NCBI GenBank assembly: GCA_976226885.1
Contig: OZ320322.1
Coordinates: forward strand, 28,582,001-28,646,000
Length of the DNA stretch: 64,000 bases
Source of the DNA: Iphione sp. A-MEVVRFRX5
Lineage: Eukaryota
Direction: 5' to 3'
The notes under the pieces are model-generated. The model did no database searches, had not been told where the DNA came from, and was given only the letters and a program-made list of their open reading frames with translations. Made by a program: the position numbers and the translations under genes. Below, in pieces: positions 35,801 through 50,800 of this stretch (within the stretch, counting starts at the first letter, position 1; each line of letters starts with the position of its first letter).

Positions 35801-38800
35801 TCCATAAAAGTAGGGTCAGTCGGGTTACCGGAAACACAGCTATTTTTTATTAGGCCTAATGTACAAGTGTGAAGTATGTCTGCCCTCAGTTACAAGGGCA
35901 ATCATCAATACCTTGTCTTTTGAATCAGGTCTATAATGCTGCTCATGACCAGTGAACCAATTTTGGCTAGTGTTCCAAATTTATTTATGAGAGCAAGTAT
36001 ATTATATTCATAGATTTTTATTACATCAATCTGAACCTATTAAAATATGATCCCTTATATTTCTGACTCGTTTCTGACCATTCGAAGTCTGAAAAGAACA
36101 GTGCTTACATATGAATATACAGTTCTAATTGAATTTGCCGACAAAGACCAATTTTCCACGTATTTCTCTCTATATAGGACACTTATAGGAACGTTTATAT
36201 GGTTCATATCAACCTTATTATTTTTCACAGAAATGGCTGATACTTGCCCACCAGTGTCAGATCCTATAAATGGTAGAGTTTTGTAAGTAACATATCTCTG
36301 ATTATGAAGGGAACCCTGTTACAAGTTAACCATGTTAGGCATTTGTAGGTTGTGTTAAATGAAATCAGAGTTGTTAAAGATTTTAAAGAACTAGTTTTTT
36401 GTCACTCTACTAAGACAAAAATGTAGAATGGGCTTTAAACATTAATGATTTTGACTGGCCAATAATATTACACTTTCTCACAATCATCAGAGTCCATGAG
36501 ATCCTTATGTTTGTTTTGCTTATTGTCATAGGCTTGAGGGAGTGGTTGTGCCAGGTACCATTGTGGAGTTTGTCTGTGATGCAGGCTATCAGTTACAAGG
36601 ACCATCATCTATACTTTGTCTATTGAATCTGGTTTATAATGAGAATCCCCCATCTTGTGTGCGTAAGTCACAACATTAATAGTCTACCAGGAAATGTATG
36701 AGTACAGTACTTTGAAAATGTCAATGTGATGCTCTTTATAGCCACATCTCTTCTGATGTTCTCTTTCGGATATATAGTACATACAGACAGAAGTGGTATT
36801 AGAAAATTTGTATTGGATCTATGTCAGACCCACAACTCACTTTATGATGTCCTTTCGTGCTGATAAGTTACATTTATAAACTATTTTATGAAATCTGCAT
36901 CCCAGTTGTTAAATCCTAAATGATCTCGCGTACAAATTGTCCTGTAGTCGGGCTCTATTTTATTGAAAGTTTAAAGGAATGAGACTAATTAACAAATTGT
37001 TTAGTTTCAATGGATTTTGTACCCTGACCTCATCATATAGCAGTACAGTCAGCCCACAGTCTTTACACAAACTCCATACCTGAATGTTCTTCATAGCTGC
37101 AACAGAACTATTATATGATCATGTACGAACAAAGGACTTTATAGTAGGGGAAGCTCATTTAACACCTTGTATACAGATAACTTAAAATATGACATTCACA
37201 GAAATAACAGAAGTTTTGCTCTGGGACAGGGTGTCAGGACATCACAGGGTCATGTCTGAGAGTGTATCAAGTTCACATAGCTAAATAATCCCATAGCCAA
37301 ATGATTTTAGGTGGCACATACCCCCGTTCAGTAAGCGTGGGCCGACTGTACTTTGCTTGTTGTTTCTCTGCTATACGTAAGATCGGAGGTTCATGTTAGT
37401 CACATATATTCCCACAGAAATGACTGGTTCTTGTCCATCACTGTCAAACCCTCTTAATGGTAGAGTGTTGTAAGTAAGAATCCTTTTCACTTCTTATGAA
37501 TCTGAATTATATATTAATTGATTTAGATTATGTAATAGGTATTGAAGCATCGACCTAAAATAGTATAATGTGAATAACGTTGATGTGATTTTCAGATATG
37601 ATTAATACCAAAGCACGGTAAATTGTATCTTCATTTTACTGGTCACCATAGGGTACAAGGAGTGGTTCTTCCAGGTACTATTGTGGAGTTTGTCTGTGAT
37701 ACAGGCTATCAGTTACAGGGGCCATCCTCTATACTTTGTCTATTGAATTTGGTGTATAATGCTGACCCCCCATCTTGCATGCGTAAGTTATAATACTTAT
37801 CCAGCTTAATAGAAAATCTAAATATACATAGAAGCATCAGTATGACTTCCTACACATCATCAAAATTACAGCTCATACAGTAACCGCAGAAGTACTGCCC
37901 ATTGTCATCATCAGATTTGCTGTCAAACAATTACTTTCTTGACGCGGAAAGTTTAACTTCATTTATTTGTTTTGATGATATCAATGTACAGCTTTTATCA
38001 TTCAGGGGAATAGGCAGATTTCGCAAATATTTCCCACAGTTCTTGTGTCAATTTAATTAAATATTCGGGCAACAATATGAATCAATGAATGAGCATTTGT
38101 AGTCGAATCTCTCAGTCTTCATTCAATAAGATAAAATAATGCACTCATTGTCATCTTCCCAAAAGGGAAAAACCATCCAGCTTATGATGCTTATATGAAT
38201 TTTAACAGAAGCAGCTGATACTTGCCCAACATTGTCAAATCCTCTAAACGGTAGAATAATGTAAGTACGATGCTGCCTTGTCATAAAAACAGTCAGAAAC
38301 TAATCATCTCATAAATTATAGACATAAGGATAAGTTGGGTCAGTGTTTAATTAGATTTGCATTAATCTATTGTATCAATAATCATCGTCTATTTAAAGTT
38401 TTGCAGTCTTCACTCTTAAATATTGAAATGAATGTTTTGATGACCTGTAGCAACTTTCATCACAGTGCAACAAATAATACCATTATTTTGCTGGTCACCA
38501 TAGGATTGAGGGAGTGGTTCTGCCAGGTACCATTGTGGAGTTTGCTTGTGATGCAGGCTATCAATTACAAGGGCCAACATCTATACTTTGTCTATCAAAT
38601 CTCATCTATAATGATGACCCACCATTTTGTGTCCGTAAGTCCTGATACTTGAAAATATGTAAGGAAATCTAAGTGCACTTAGAACAAGTTTGTATGATCC
38701 TTTCTCTTGCTATCTGCCTGGATGTTTCTTTCACTGTTTGGTTTATTCCTACTCTTTATTATGTCAAGCTGCAGAGCAGAGATAAGAGCCACAGCACTTT

Positions 38801-41800
38801 TCATTGTTCTCGTCCTTTCGATACTAGTTGGTTATGTTGTGTTTCTTCAGATCTTGATATAAGTGCAGGAAATATTTCATTATTTTAATTAATTCGTATT
38901 AGCTATTATTCTTTGATCCTTTCAAGCCAACAGGTTGTATTTTCTTCACCTCAGTTTTCTCATGCTAGTGACACACTATATCTAAAAAAACAGTAGATTC
39001 GATACACATTTATCATTGCACCTTCTCGATTACTTTGAACCATCAAGGGAAAAAGATAACGTAGGATTTAACACAAATGTTTTTACACTGAATGTGTTAG
39101 ACTTGACTTACTATGATAGTGATTACTTCACTTCATTCTTTCCTACATGGAACAGTTACAGGATTCATATTACTCATATATTTCTACAGAGATGGCTAAT
39201 ACTTGCCCATCAGTGTCAAACCCTTTGAATGGCAGAGTTATGTAAGTAAAATACATATGTTTATAGGTATAAACCTGTCATGTAAAGGGAACGTTTTAAA
39301 TTTGTAGCTTTTACATTAATACCAGAAGTTAACTCATTCAGGCCAACACTGTCCATTATTGCACTCCTACTGTGGGACGATGGTATGCATTAATGCACTC
39401 TTTGCCAAGTGTAGATTTATGGACAGAAAAATGAATGCTTGAAAACTAACCTGATGCTACTACGTTTAAAGGGTTAACAAAAGACTCTCTTAAAACAGGC
39501 ACCATAGTTCCACCTGTCATTGCTTTGAACTATAATTGATACAGACTTGCAAATATACATTTGAAAAATCTATTGGAAGAGCATTGATAATTGCAGGCTC
39601 TTGCTGTCAGGGAGCCTTTTTCATCATATTATCGCCCCATATTGACTTCATGGTATATGGTGCTGTCAGTTTTGAATGGGTTAAGTTGAGAATATATAAA
39701 GAGTTAGTTAAGTATACATGTATGTGAAAAAATATGTCAAGTGATAAACACATAAGACAAGATCAACACATGACATTATGAAATATTAAATGAATTTTGT
39801 TTGGAGCTGTCCACACCCTGAACAGAGTGCACCATATCATGCATACATTTTACTGCTAACCATAGGGTTGAGGGAGTGGTTCTGCCAGGTACCATTGTGG
39901 AGTTTGCCTGTGATGCAGGCTATGAGTTACAAGGGCCATCATCTATACTTTGTCTATTGAATCTCATCTATAATGCTGATCCTCCATCTTGTGTCCGTAA
40001 GTCACGATATTTACAAAATATACTAGAGAAGGTAAATGTACATGTACTCAGAAAAGGCTGTTTAATCTTGTCTACAGCTAAATACTGTCAGAGCTCTTTC
40101 CTCTTTTCTTTTATTCCTACTTTTCTTCGATTAGATTTCATGTGATAAATAGAAAACCAGCTTATTTGCAAAGTTAGAACTGTTTCAACTTTTTCATTAT
40201 GATGCTCCTAATGTTGAGAGGTGCATTTATCATATTTTAATGGGATCTCATTTTGAAACAATATTCATAAATTAATATTTTTATTTCACGTTTTTCTCTA
40301 TATTTTCTCACTTGCCTTTCGATATCCAAGCAAAACATTTACTAGATGAATTTATGAAATTTACTAAATTTCTTAATCTTGAATCGTTTATATGGCAATT
40401 TCCATGTTGTCTCCTTCACTATATGGGATGGTTATAAGGTTTATGTGCCTCATGTGTTTCCACAGGGATGACTGATTCTTGCCCATCGGTGTCAAACCCA
40501 TTAAATGGTAGAGTTTTGTAAGTAAAATACATCTGTATCATTACAAGAGAAAACCTGCCATGAATCATTCATCCTATGCATCTGTTACCTGCAATTCATG
40601 ATCAAATGTTAACATGAGATGCTCAATTATTTAGTGAAATATAATGTCAAATTACTAATTCACATGATGAACGCAGTAAGGAAATGTTAATATACTTCAT
40701 TTTTAAATATTGAAATCAGTTTCATTTTGCATTGTCTTCATCATAGACAGAGATGACAAAATCATGCATTTATTTTGCTGCTCACCATAGGGTTGAGGGA
40801 GTGGTTCTGCCAGGTACCATTGTGGAGTTTGCCTGTGATGCAGGCTATGAGTTACGAGGGCCATCATCTATACTTTGTCTCTTGAATCTTGTCTATAATG
40901 ATGACCCTCCATTTTGTATCCGTAAGTTATTAAAGTTAAATAGTATGGTAGAAAATCTGAATTCACCTAGAAAGATCTGAGTTGCTTTTATTCTGGCTAT
41001 CTTCATTTCAGTCTATTTCCCTTTTCATGTCATCTTTATTCTTCTTCAAATGGCATCTCCTGATTTTCTCAACACTCTCTCCCAGTTGGATACAAAGCTT
41101 TTCATCCTAACTTTTGTGGTACTTTTTATGCTGGCAACTTACCCTAAGTTCATTGTTATGGATATCTTTGTAATAATGTTTTCATGGATCAACAGAATTT
41201 AACAACATTTTGTACAACACTTTGTCCTTTACCTTAAGATATCAAAGCAAAATGTTAAGTGTATAAATCAATAATTCTCTTACACCACTCCTTATCACAG
41301 TGATTTCCTTGTTGTCTTTCCTGATCACTTGAGACAGATGCAAGATTCATGTGACTCATATATTTCTACAGAAATGACTGGTACTTGCCCATCAGTGCCA
41401 AACCCTTTAAATGGTAGAGTTTTGTAAGTAAGAGATATTGTTCTTATTACTAAAATGTCATGAATTACCATTTTAGATATTTGTAACGATTCTTGTAAAT
41501 ATTGTCAAAACATTAATGAGACATGTAAATATTAAGCTTAATAAATGTCAACTAATCATTGAAATTAGTTATGGACACATATGATACAGTTGGCATCCTT
41601 CGCTTTGAAACACTTATGTCAATTTCATTTTGGAATGAATCAGAGTACATCATATCATATGTCGCTTTTGCTAACCATAGGACTCAGGGAGTGGTTCTTC
41701 CAGGTACATCTGTGGAATTTATCTGTAATGTTGGCTATCAGTTACAAGGGCCATCATCCATACTTTGTCTTTTGAATTTCATCTATAATGATGACCCTCC

Positions 41801-44800
41801 ATCTTGTATCCGTAAGTCATACTACTTACATAACATACTAGGGGATCTCAATACAGTCACAAATGGTTTGCATTATCTTCTCTGCAACTATATACCTTCC
41901 CCTTTTTCTGTTTTTCTTATCCAATCTAATGTATAAGTCAAGACACAAACATGGGAAAGCTCATATTTGTATCTATTTTATATAACTGTTCCACTTCAAT
42001 TGCAATCATCCTTACATGTTTAAAAGTTTCAATCTTTAAATTGTCTTTGTCATCCCACTTTGATACAATACTTTCATGATGCAAGAGATTTCATACACAT
42101 TCTACACAATTGTGTCTGCACTGCTTCCAGACATCAAGGCCCAGCAAAAAATATATGGGACTATAATTTTAATTGAATCTGGTAGACTGTACTTGTGATA
42201 ATTATATCAACTTGTTCAATCAGTTATTGACATCAAATGGTTACAAGATTTATGTTACTCATATATTTCTACAGAGATGACTGATTATTGCCCATCAGTG
42301 TCAAACCCTCTAAATGGTAGAGTTTTGTAAGTAAGATATCTCATTTTTATCATCTGAAAAAACCCTTTATGAATTAGATATCGTAGGTTATGTAACCTCT
42401 TAACTAAAAATACAAATCAAAATGAAACATTTGCATATTCACTTAAAGATGTCAAATTATTAATGCAAATAGTAAACACATCATAGAAAAGTTTACATTC
42501 TTTACAAAAAATCATTGGGATCAATTTCATTTGATAAGTACTCACCCTAAACAGAGTGTATCCTGTTCTATCCTGTTCCATTGTGTTGGTCACCATAGGG
42601 TTGAGGGAGTGGTCCTTCCAGGTACCATTGTGGAATTTGTCTGTGATACAGGCTATCAGTTACAAGGGCCATCATCTATACTTTGTCTCTTGAATCTGGT
42701 CTACAATGATGATCCTCCATTTTGTGTCCGTAAGTCATAAAAATTACACCTACCAGATAATCTTAGTGAACTTAGTGAGTCAGAGCTATGGCTGCTATTT
42801 TCCATTTGCTCGTCCACCATCTCCACTCCTAACTGAAGTAACTGATCTTTATTTGACAAGCATATTTCTTATTGTTTTTCTTCTTTTTGTTGGTTATGGC
42901 ATTAAGTTCGGCAATTATCTTATTTCATGTTTTTCAATGGATAATTTTGAGCCTCTTAGTTTTACCGTAGGGTTACTCATGCTCTCAGTGATAAGTTCTT
43001 ATGTAATTTGACCACAGTCATGTTCCGATGATTTTTCGAAATTTCCTTGTCATGAAGACAAACGTCCTCCGTGAAAATGCTCATCGTTTATCCCTAATGT
43101 ATATGAAATTATATATGCCTACAAATCTTTCAAATATTTTCATTACGATTTGCTTTCTGGACTAGCCAAGCAATTGAGCTGATGTCTTTTGTTCACTAGC
43201 AATCGGTTGTGGACCATTTCCACCGCTACCAGCAGGTATCGACCCGGCTAGAGTACCTGAGAATCCTCAGACAAACCTTTCAAGCTTTCATTGGCTTGCT
43301 TGTCTTCCAAACTATCGGCCATTCTACGTTTCCCTTGCCTGCTCTGCCAATGGATGGCAGTTTGGCGGCGCCTGTAGAGGTTAGTCCGCTAGGGTACAAT
43401 AGACGTGGATTGCCATCTTTACGGTTTGGAAGAACTATACTTGCTTGTCAGGCATGAAAATCCGTTATCAATTGTTTGGTAGTGTACGTAGTGTGAGCTT
43501 GGATTTAATACGAATGAGCCATGATGCATCTGTGCAGCCATGGTTGCTAACTTTGAGTGATTACTAACACTTGTGTATTTCTATAAAGAGACAACCACGG
43601 GACGCTGTCCTGACGTGAACCCTCCGGCAAATGGTTCCATTGTGTAAGTTCAGATTATTTGCTTTGTTAGGTTAGAACGTGTGCTTTTTTACAGTGTTTT
43701 GCGAAACATTTTCATTCTCTGTAGCTAGACAGGCACGCGAAATAACATTGGATTGCCCGTGTTTTTTAGCTTAATGTAACTTTTCTCTAATGCATCAAAG
43801 GAATGCTGGGGATGGTTCGGAAGGATCATCTGTGTCATTCGCCTGCAATCCTGGATTTATGCTCTCTGGGTCTGATACAATTGTCTGCCTGAACACTCTT
43901 GGATACAACGCTGCCCCGCCTCAGTGTATACGTAAGAGGGTTTCGTTTAATGTATAAAACACGCATAATCATAAGCTATCCGCCCGGGGTGATTTCTCGA
44001 TGAATAATGTATTAGTGAATATACTTTCAAGAGAAGCATGAGAATCCTGTGAAGTCAGACGTGTGCTTACTAGCCTGATTTGTGCATTATGACATATAGA
44101 GGCGATCGTCTTTATTTCTATCAATTCCTTCCATCCCTGTCGATGTTCTTTGGGTCAATTTTCTGCACGTATGGTCTTCCCAAGCGAGGGACTGCGGTCC
44201 TTTCCCTTCGTTCCCCGCGGGAGTTGACCGTAGCCGACTCCCCGAAAACCCCAAGACGACCTTCCCCGCCTTCCATTGGATCCCTTGTCTGCCTGGGTAC
44301 GAGCCCTTCTATTTTGGCTTATCATGTACCGTTACTGGCGTCTGGGACAGCTCCGTCGAGTGCACAGGTTAGACACATGTCATTCTAAGTCAACTGAAGC
44401 CGCATGCCTTTGGTGGAACTACAAAACTAAGATTAAATGGAATACTTGCTCATGATCCTCTTCAGATGAACCCGTCGAATTATTGACTTGTCAGACAGAC
44501 GATAACAAACTGTTTTTGACATGTTCTTACCAAATTTGATCTTACGGCTAGCAACGGAAATGAGGTGTCCCGATGTTGCAGCGCCTGTAAACGGAAACCG
44601 GCAGTAAGTGTCTTTTTTTCAAGCCATGACACCTGATAATGTTTCCCAAATATAGGCCACCCATTCCTTTACCCCCTCCCTTTAGACGGTGTGATTAAAA
44701 GGGTATGTTCATTATCTTTTTTTTCTTGCAATAATGACGGAGTTTTGTCAGTAAAATGATGCGTTTCCATTAATGCCTACAAGGATAACTGGTGATAGAC

Positions 44801-47800
44801 TTCCCTCGTCCACAGTACAGTTCTCCTGTAATGAGGGATACTTGTTATTAGGCCCGACAGCTATCGTGTGTATGTTAAACTTTCAATACAACCAGGATCC
44901 ACCGATTTGCATGCGTAAGTTCCCAATTTTCTTGTTACTCTTTCTATTGAAATCGGATTAAAATATGTCGTGCCTAATTTGTCATTTGGTCGACCGGTAC
45001 TTCTTCTGCTGTAGGGGATAAAGGCCGTTGAAATACTGGCTTTTGGCATGCGGTTCCCTCACTAAACATTTGACAAAGCGTGAACGTCTTCCCCTGTCTC
45101 TTTCATTCCTTCCTGGTCGTTTCACTTTAAAACACAGTATTGTACATGCATGTCTATTTTTGTGCCTGATTTCTTAACTGAGGTCATCTGCTATTTCGCA
45201 TGACCGAATGAGTAGGTGCTATGTAAAAGGAAATTGCCTTCATGTAGAGACCATGGCGTATTTCACTGTGTTCCATTTTCACTGACTCGGGTCTGACAAT
45301 TTATTCCTCTTATAATTTCTTATACGTAATTCATGGATGGATATTCAAGTGAATAATCAGCAGTGCCAAGCTGTGCCTCCGCTAACTGATGGTTCCGTTC
45401 TGTAAGTGACCAATCACAGTAACAAATCCAACGAATCTGTCATAGTACAGTTCCTTCTGTAAACCGGAGGAATTCAGTATAAAATACTTAAACCACTAGG
45501 GCCGTTTGTATGGGGAAATGAACAAGAGCATTTGGTGTCTCCCTCATATCGATTTATACTTAATCCCTTGTTAAGTATTGTAGGGACAATTTTGTTTTTC
45601 GAACTAACGCTACTGAATATATTTGTCAGGGTTGATGGAGACTTTGGTATCGGCACACGCCTATATTTTGTCTGCGATATGGGCTTCGAGTTAGAGGGGG
45701 CATTTCTGATCACATGTCAGGCCGGTGCTAGGTATGACGCACCGCGCCCATCATGTAGGGGTAAGTTCTACTCCCCTCCCCCTCCCCCCCCTGCTAACCT
45801 AGCCGCGGTTGTTTCAAGTACGACCATGCTCATGTCAACTCAGTAGATATAGTTGGGTCCCTTACGATAATACGATATTTGAATACAGAAAATAGGTCTC
45901 AGTTTCACACTGCTGCTGCTTGACAGCTTTATATTACTGAGGAATGTGAAAGTGGGATCTGGGCTGTCAGTTAGCCGAAGTAGCATTGTAAAACAACAAT
46001 TTACAATGAAAGTTACTGATATTGTATTTTTAAAAGCTTGACGATGAGAGGAAAAAGAATGATTTATTCACGTATTGCCCTTTGGTTTTTAAGGATTAAT
46101 ATACTCTACTTTCACCTTGAATCCAATTATTTGAATACCGTCTCCTTTAAGTTGTGAGGGACAATTGGTTATATATCAATATATCCTTATATCTTAGCAT
46201 GCACCCATGAATACATTGATAGATTAAACTAACTACAGTTACTATAATCTAAACTTGGTCTTCCTCTAATGCTGTTCAAGCGCATGGTTTAAATTTTCCG
46301 ATTGTGGTCGGAGATGCCTCAGTCTGTGCCGTCTGTTGTTGGCAGTGTTAGACTGTGGGCCCCTACCCACCCTTCCCAATGTGATGGGTACATGGCCACA
46401 GGGCACTAGCACTAGGTATTTGGCCACCTATTCGCTGCTCTGTCAGCGCGGTTTCCTGCCTGAGTATGTGACTGCCTTCTGCAACGCAACGGGTATGTGG
46501 GAGGTCAGTGATACCTGCCAACCTGCGCCAGGTGAGCATTTACTCTCGAGCTGCACGCTATGTTAACTCGTGTCGGGGTCAATTCCGACACCATACCTGT
46601 TCGCGTGCAACCCTATTTATATACGTCCGTACCTTTTTCCATCTGCTCACCACCGTTTCCTGGAAAACCTGCGGAGCGCCCTAGTGTTACAAGCTGCTCT
46701 TGTGACGTCCGATCAGTCCTGAGGTCCTCACTCGTCCTCTGTACTATCCAACAGGGGCCTCAAACTGAAATGTTTTACTGTCCTTTTTCTAAAATAGTTT
46801 TCTGCTTTAGACTGAAAACTAGACAGCGAAGCGTTTAATAGACCATGTACATGTAATCGTCCTGTCATTGTTTCAGTCGTTGTTGGTGCTCATGTTACAT
46901 ATACCTGATGTAACTCGTATGCTTTAAACATTGTAAAAATGCATCATACACCTACCTACTCATACATGTTTTTCCTGGCTTCTCTACCTTGTGTGGGATA
47001 TCTATTTCAAAATAAGTGTGACATGTTTCTTTATGTAACATTGTAGAAACTCTTACGCTGTTGCTTACAGATTCCTGCTGTTTCAGTATTTCACCCGTGT
47101 GGAACCTTTCCTTTTGGGTTTTCCTTGTATTGGTATGTCCTTGTGTTCAAACTTTTTCTTAATATTGAACTCCCCATTTATTTCTAGGTTGTCAACTGTT
47201 CTTAAGTTAAAACCATATGGACAAACAGTTCAAGTTGTCAAATTGTTTGGTCGTATCAATTTGATGACATATACGGGATACCATCAGTGATTTCCGTTGA
47301 TATTGTATAAGACTTCACTGCCTAGGTCTTATCTCAAAAACCGTGTTGCATCTTTGAGGATATATTGATAATGTGATCCGTCAAATTTAATTGCGAATGA
47401 AAACAACCTGTCATAAATATTGTCTACGTTTCGCATTTTATATTCCATGTAGGCTAATTCCTGCGCGGAAAATATTCGTGCCATCTTTGACACGTAGGTA
47501 ATCTGTATGTTTTACAGAAGCTTCTTGTCCTCCGGTGCGAACGCCAGATCGTGGAAGCCAAAGGTGAGAATGTTTCTTTAAGTCTGTAGTTGATCTGCTT
47601 GTAAGTCTAATATCTACTTTGAATAGGGACATACTTCCGAGTGACCTATCAGAACTGAGAGACCTATGAAAACTGACCAAGAATAAGATTTCATCATTTT
47701 GTCCGTCATTTCCTCTTCTCTCCACTTACAGGCAGGAGGGTACTGGTGTGAACTCTCGAGTGGTCTTTAGTTGTGACCCAGGCCTACAACTGCAGGGACC

Positions 47801-50800
47801 TGCGTTCCTTACCTGCGTTCGGGTTGGAGGCCAACTGCGGTATGACGGCAACCCTCCAGTATGTGTCGGTGAGTAAGATAAACAGAAGTTTCATAATTTC
47901 GGCAGTTTTCACAAGTATGACAGTGTACTCCGCTCTTTGTTTTATCGCCCAAAAGGGCGCCACCCTATACTATTGTTCAGTTCTAGGGGTAGTGTGAGTG
48001 TCCACTGAGACTTAGCAATCTGGGTACAGTTAAAGCAAATATTTTATTGAAGTTCTGTGTTAAAAATATATTACGTGAGTTATTTATATTAACATACGTC
48101 ATTACCCCTTTCAGGGCCATGAGAACGGCAATAGGGCTGTGGTATGCATAAATGCGCTCTCGTTTTAGGGCCAGGTATACATTTATGCATAAACAAAATA
48201 TTCTTTAGAAATTCAACTAACCACATTACTGCTCCGAAATATTATTTACTCTGAGCAGATGAACAGTTCTCTTCATGATGTGACTAAAAAGGAGTTATAG
48301 CAAGGTAATTAGAGACATAATCTTACCTTCAAAGCATTCTGTAGTCCTTCAAATAATGAGCCAAACCTTTTACTCTTTGCTTGAGAGAATGATCGTTAAA
48401 ACGTTAACAGAGCTAGTTTGGGTACATTATATGATAACTGAGTAATAATGTTTCATAGATCCTTACCAACCGTATTGTGTCTAGAAGATTTTAATCAATA
48501 AAGACAGGTCATTTGGCCATGTCCTATTGTGTTATCTCTGTTACACACACATTCACACACATATATACATGCATATATCTATACATTTATGCATGCTGTA
48601 TGTACTGGAGACTTGGGATTCTTCTTCATTTTGGGAGTTAAGCTAAATCCATTCAGGAGGAAGGCCATACATACAGTCAAGCCTATGTCAGCTGGATTTC
48701 TGGTCACTGAGGACCGTAGGTCGTCAGCGCGGAACTAGTAGCTCGACCTTTATTGCCCTACGCATCACCCAAAGGTGGTTAGGATTAACCACTATGCACA
48801 GAAATTCGGTTGACAATATCAATGTAGTAAAACTATTACAGGGCTATGCGCATCTAGAATCCGCTGTGATATGGTTTATTCCGTGAGCTGGGTAAAGATA
48901 TGTGCTGTTACAATGATAACAGCCTCAGAGTGGCAGGAATCCGGTATTGCGGGGCCAGTTGTCGTTGGCTGACTGTTTATATTTATATACACAGAGATAG
49001 GCCTAGGGGAATGATTAAGTAACGGTAAGTAATTAATTTCATGGAATAATCATCCAGATAACTATACCAATGTATGCAAAGGTACAAGACGTGTTGGCTC
49101 TGGGCCCATGGGCCTGGAGACCGACCCCTGCTCTATGTTCATGCTCCTGCACTTCGATGCTAATCAAGTAGACCAACCGAAGAAACCCCCCTGATAGAGA
49201 ACAAAAGTGGTGAGTTAAGGCTCACCTGTTACACTGCAGTGCTATCTTGCTGACTGCTAGCGAGTTTGTGCTCAAAGGAGTCTTAACCCCACTAGGCAAT
49301 GCCACCTACCGTAGCCTTAGGGGTTATTATATTTGCCTAATCTGCTGCTGTACTTCAGCCTTCGTATAACTGTACCAAAATAAGAAGAGCGCACCAGTAT
49401 ATGTGTTGGTCGAACGCCTATAGGCCCGGATGCTTACACCTCAAGACCAAACAAACTGGAGTCTCGATGGGGGCACCTGTCCTGTCGCAGAAGGAAACCG
49501 GTTTACTTGACCTCAAGCCTTTAGTTCATGATTTTAGAAAGATGACTGTTTGCCATTCAGCGAGAGTGCCCGCCTGCTATTTCTCAGTAGAGCTCGGTGC
49601 CCTGATTGCTCAGTTCTCACTGCTAAAGAGCAGCTCTTTGAGACTTTTTACGTTAGAATACCACTTTCCAAGGGTATCATACAACTTGGTATAACAAAGA
49701 CACATCTGTAGATAGGGTTTTTTAAGAGTTCTTAAGCATCTGTGGGATTTAATTGCTACTACCCCACGCTCTACTCCATTAGCGTTCAATATGACAGTAC
49801 ATCAGGCAACATTTGTGAGTCTTCCTTACTGGCCTGTTTAACATTCACGTCTGCACACCTCCAAGGATGCTTCCTTCTTGCATCCTTGTGATGTACAAGA
49901 ATCATTCCAATGTTTTGTTAACCCCCTAAGCATAGCAGTATGCTCTGCACCCAGGTGAATGTTCTCTGCCTTACAAGCCACTGCCACATCGTAAGGGAGA
50001 ATACCACATGGTGGCCCTAGTAGGAAGGTGGTGCTCATATTTGGCTGGCTGTTTGCCAGAATATCGACGTTGATAACCTTGTCTGCCATATACCTGAATT
50101 GGACCGAGTAGTGGTTCACGCCCCAATTCCCCTTAGCTAGGGTATCTGTCGTGTACCAGCAGCTGTACACCAGCTCTCCATGATGACTTGTCTGTCAAAT
50201 AATACACTCTTGTGTCCTCCATTGTTGTGACCACTTTTCCCCCCTTCTGGTGTTTGGTACGGGCCGCTATCGGCACCAGGTCCATATTCTATGACTGTTT
50301 GCTGTCTGTCCACTAGCTGGCTTGCTCGACCTTCCCGAGCGACTACTCCAGCAGCTGTTGCTGGTACAACTGGGTAATCCCCAACTGTTGCTAGTCTTTT
50401 TTTGGCGAACTTTGGGCCTGTCATGCCCATCACTGCTTGGAGGTAAGTGGGGATTCCTGCTAAGTCCGCCCTCTCTAACTGAGTCCTGATCACCAAAGAC
50501 AACAAAACTTGTCGCTTACTGCTCGGCTGGTATCCGTGTCTCTGTCACTGCTGCAACCATGATCCCTGATTCCCCTGTTTCTTCCACTTACTCTAGCATC
50601 TTAGTCCGGGCTGCCATTTGTACACCTGGGCCACAGCTCAGGTGTTAACCGTGTAAATGTCCGCAACCCCGTTGCTTTGGACGTTCAGCCCGTTGCTAGC
50701 TGTGCCATTCAAGTGTTCTGTCTGCTTTCTGAATCTAAAACTTCTTGTCGACGCTTTAAGCGCAGCATTTCCCGATCCTCTTCTTCTTCCTCCGTATCCA

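Noticed and set aside
47087-47132. Alternative 46-nt short exon (VFHPCGTFPFGFSLYW)
   Set aside because: Right size and phase, but no C-P..P..G Sushi pattern. Exon 47518-47563 fits much better.
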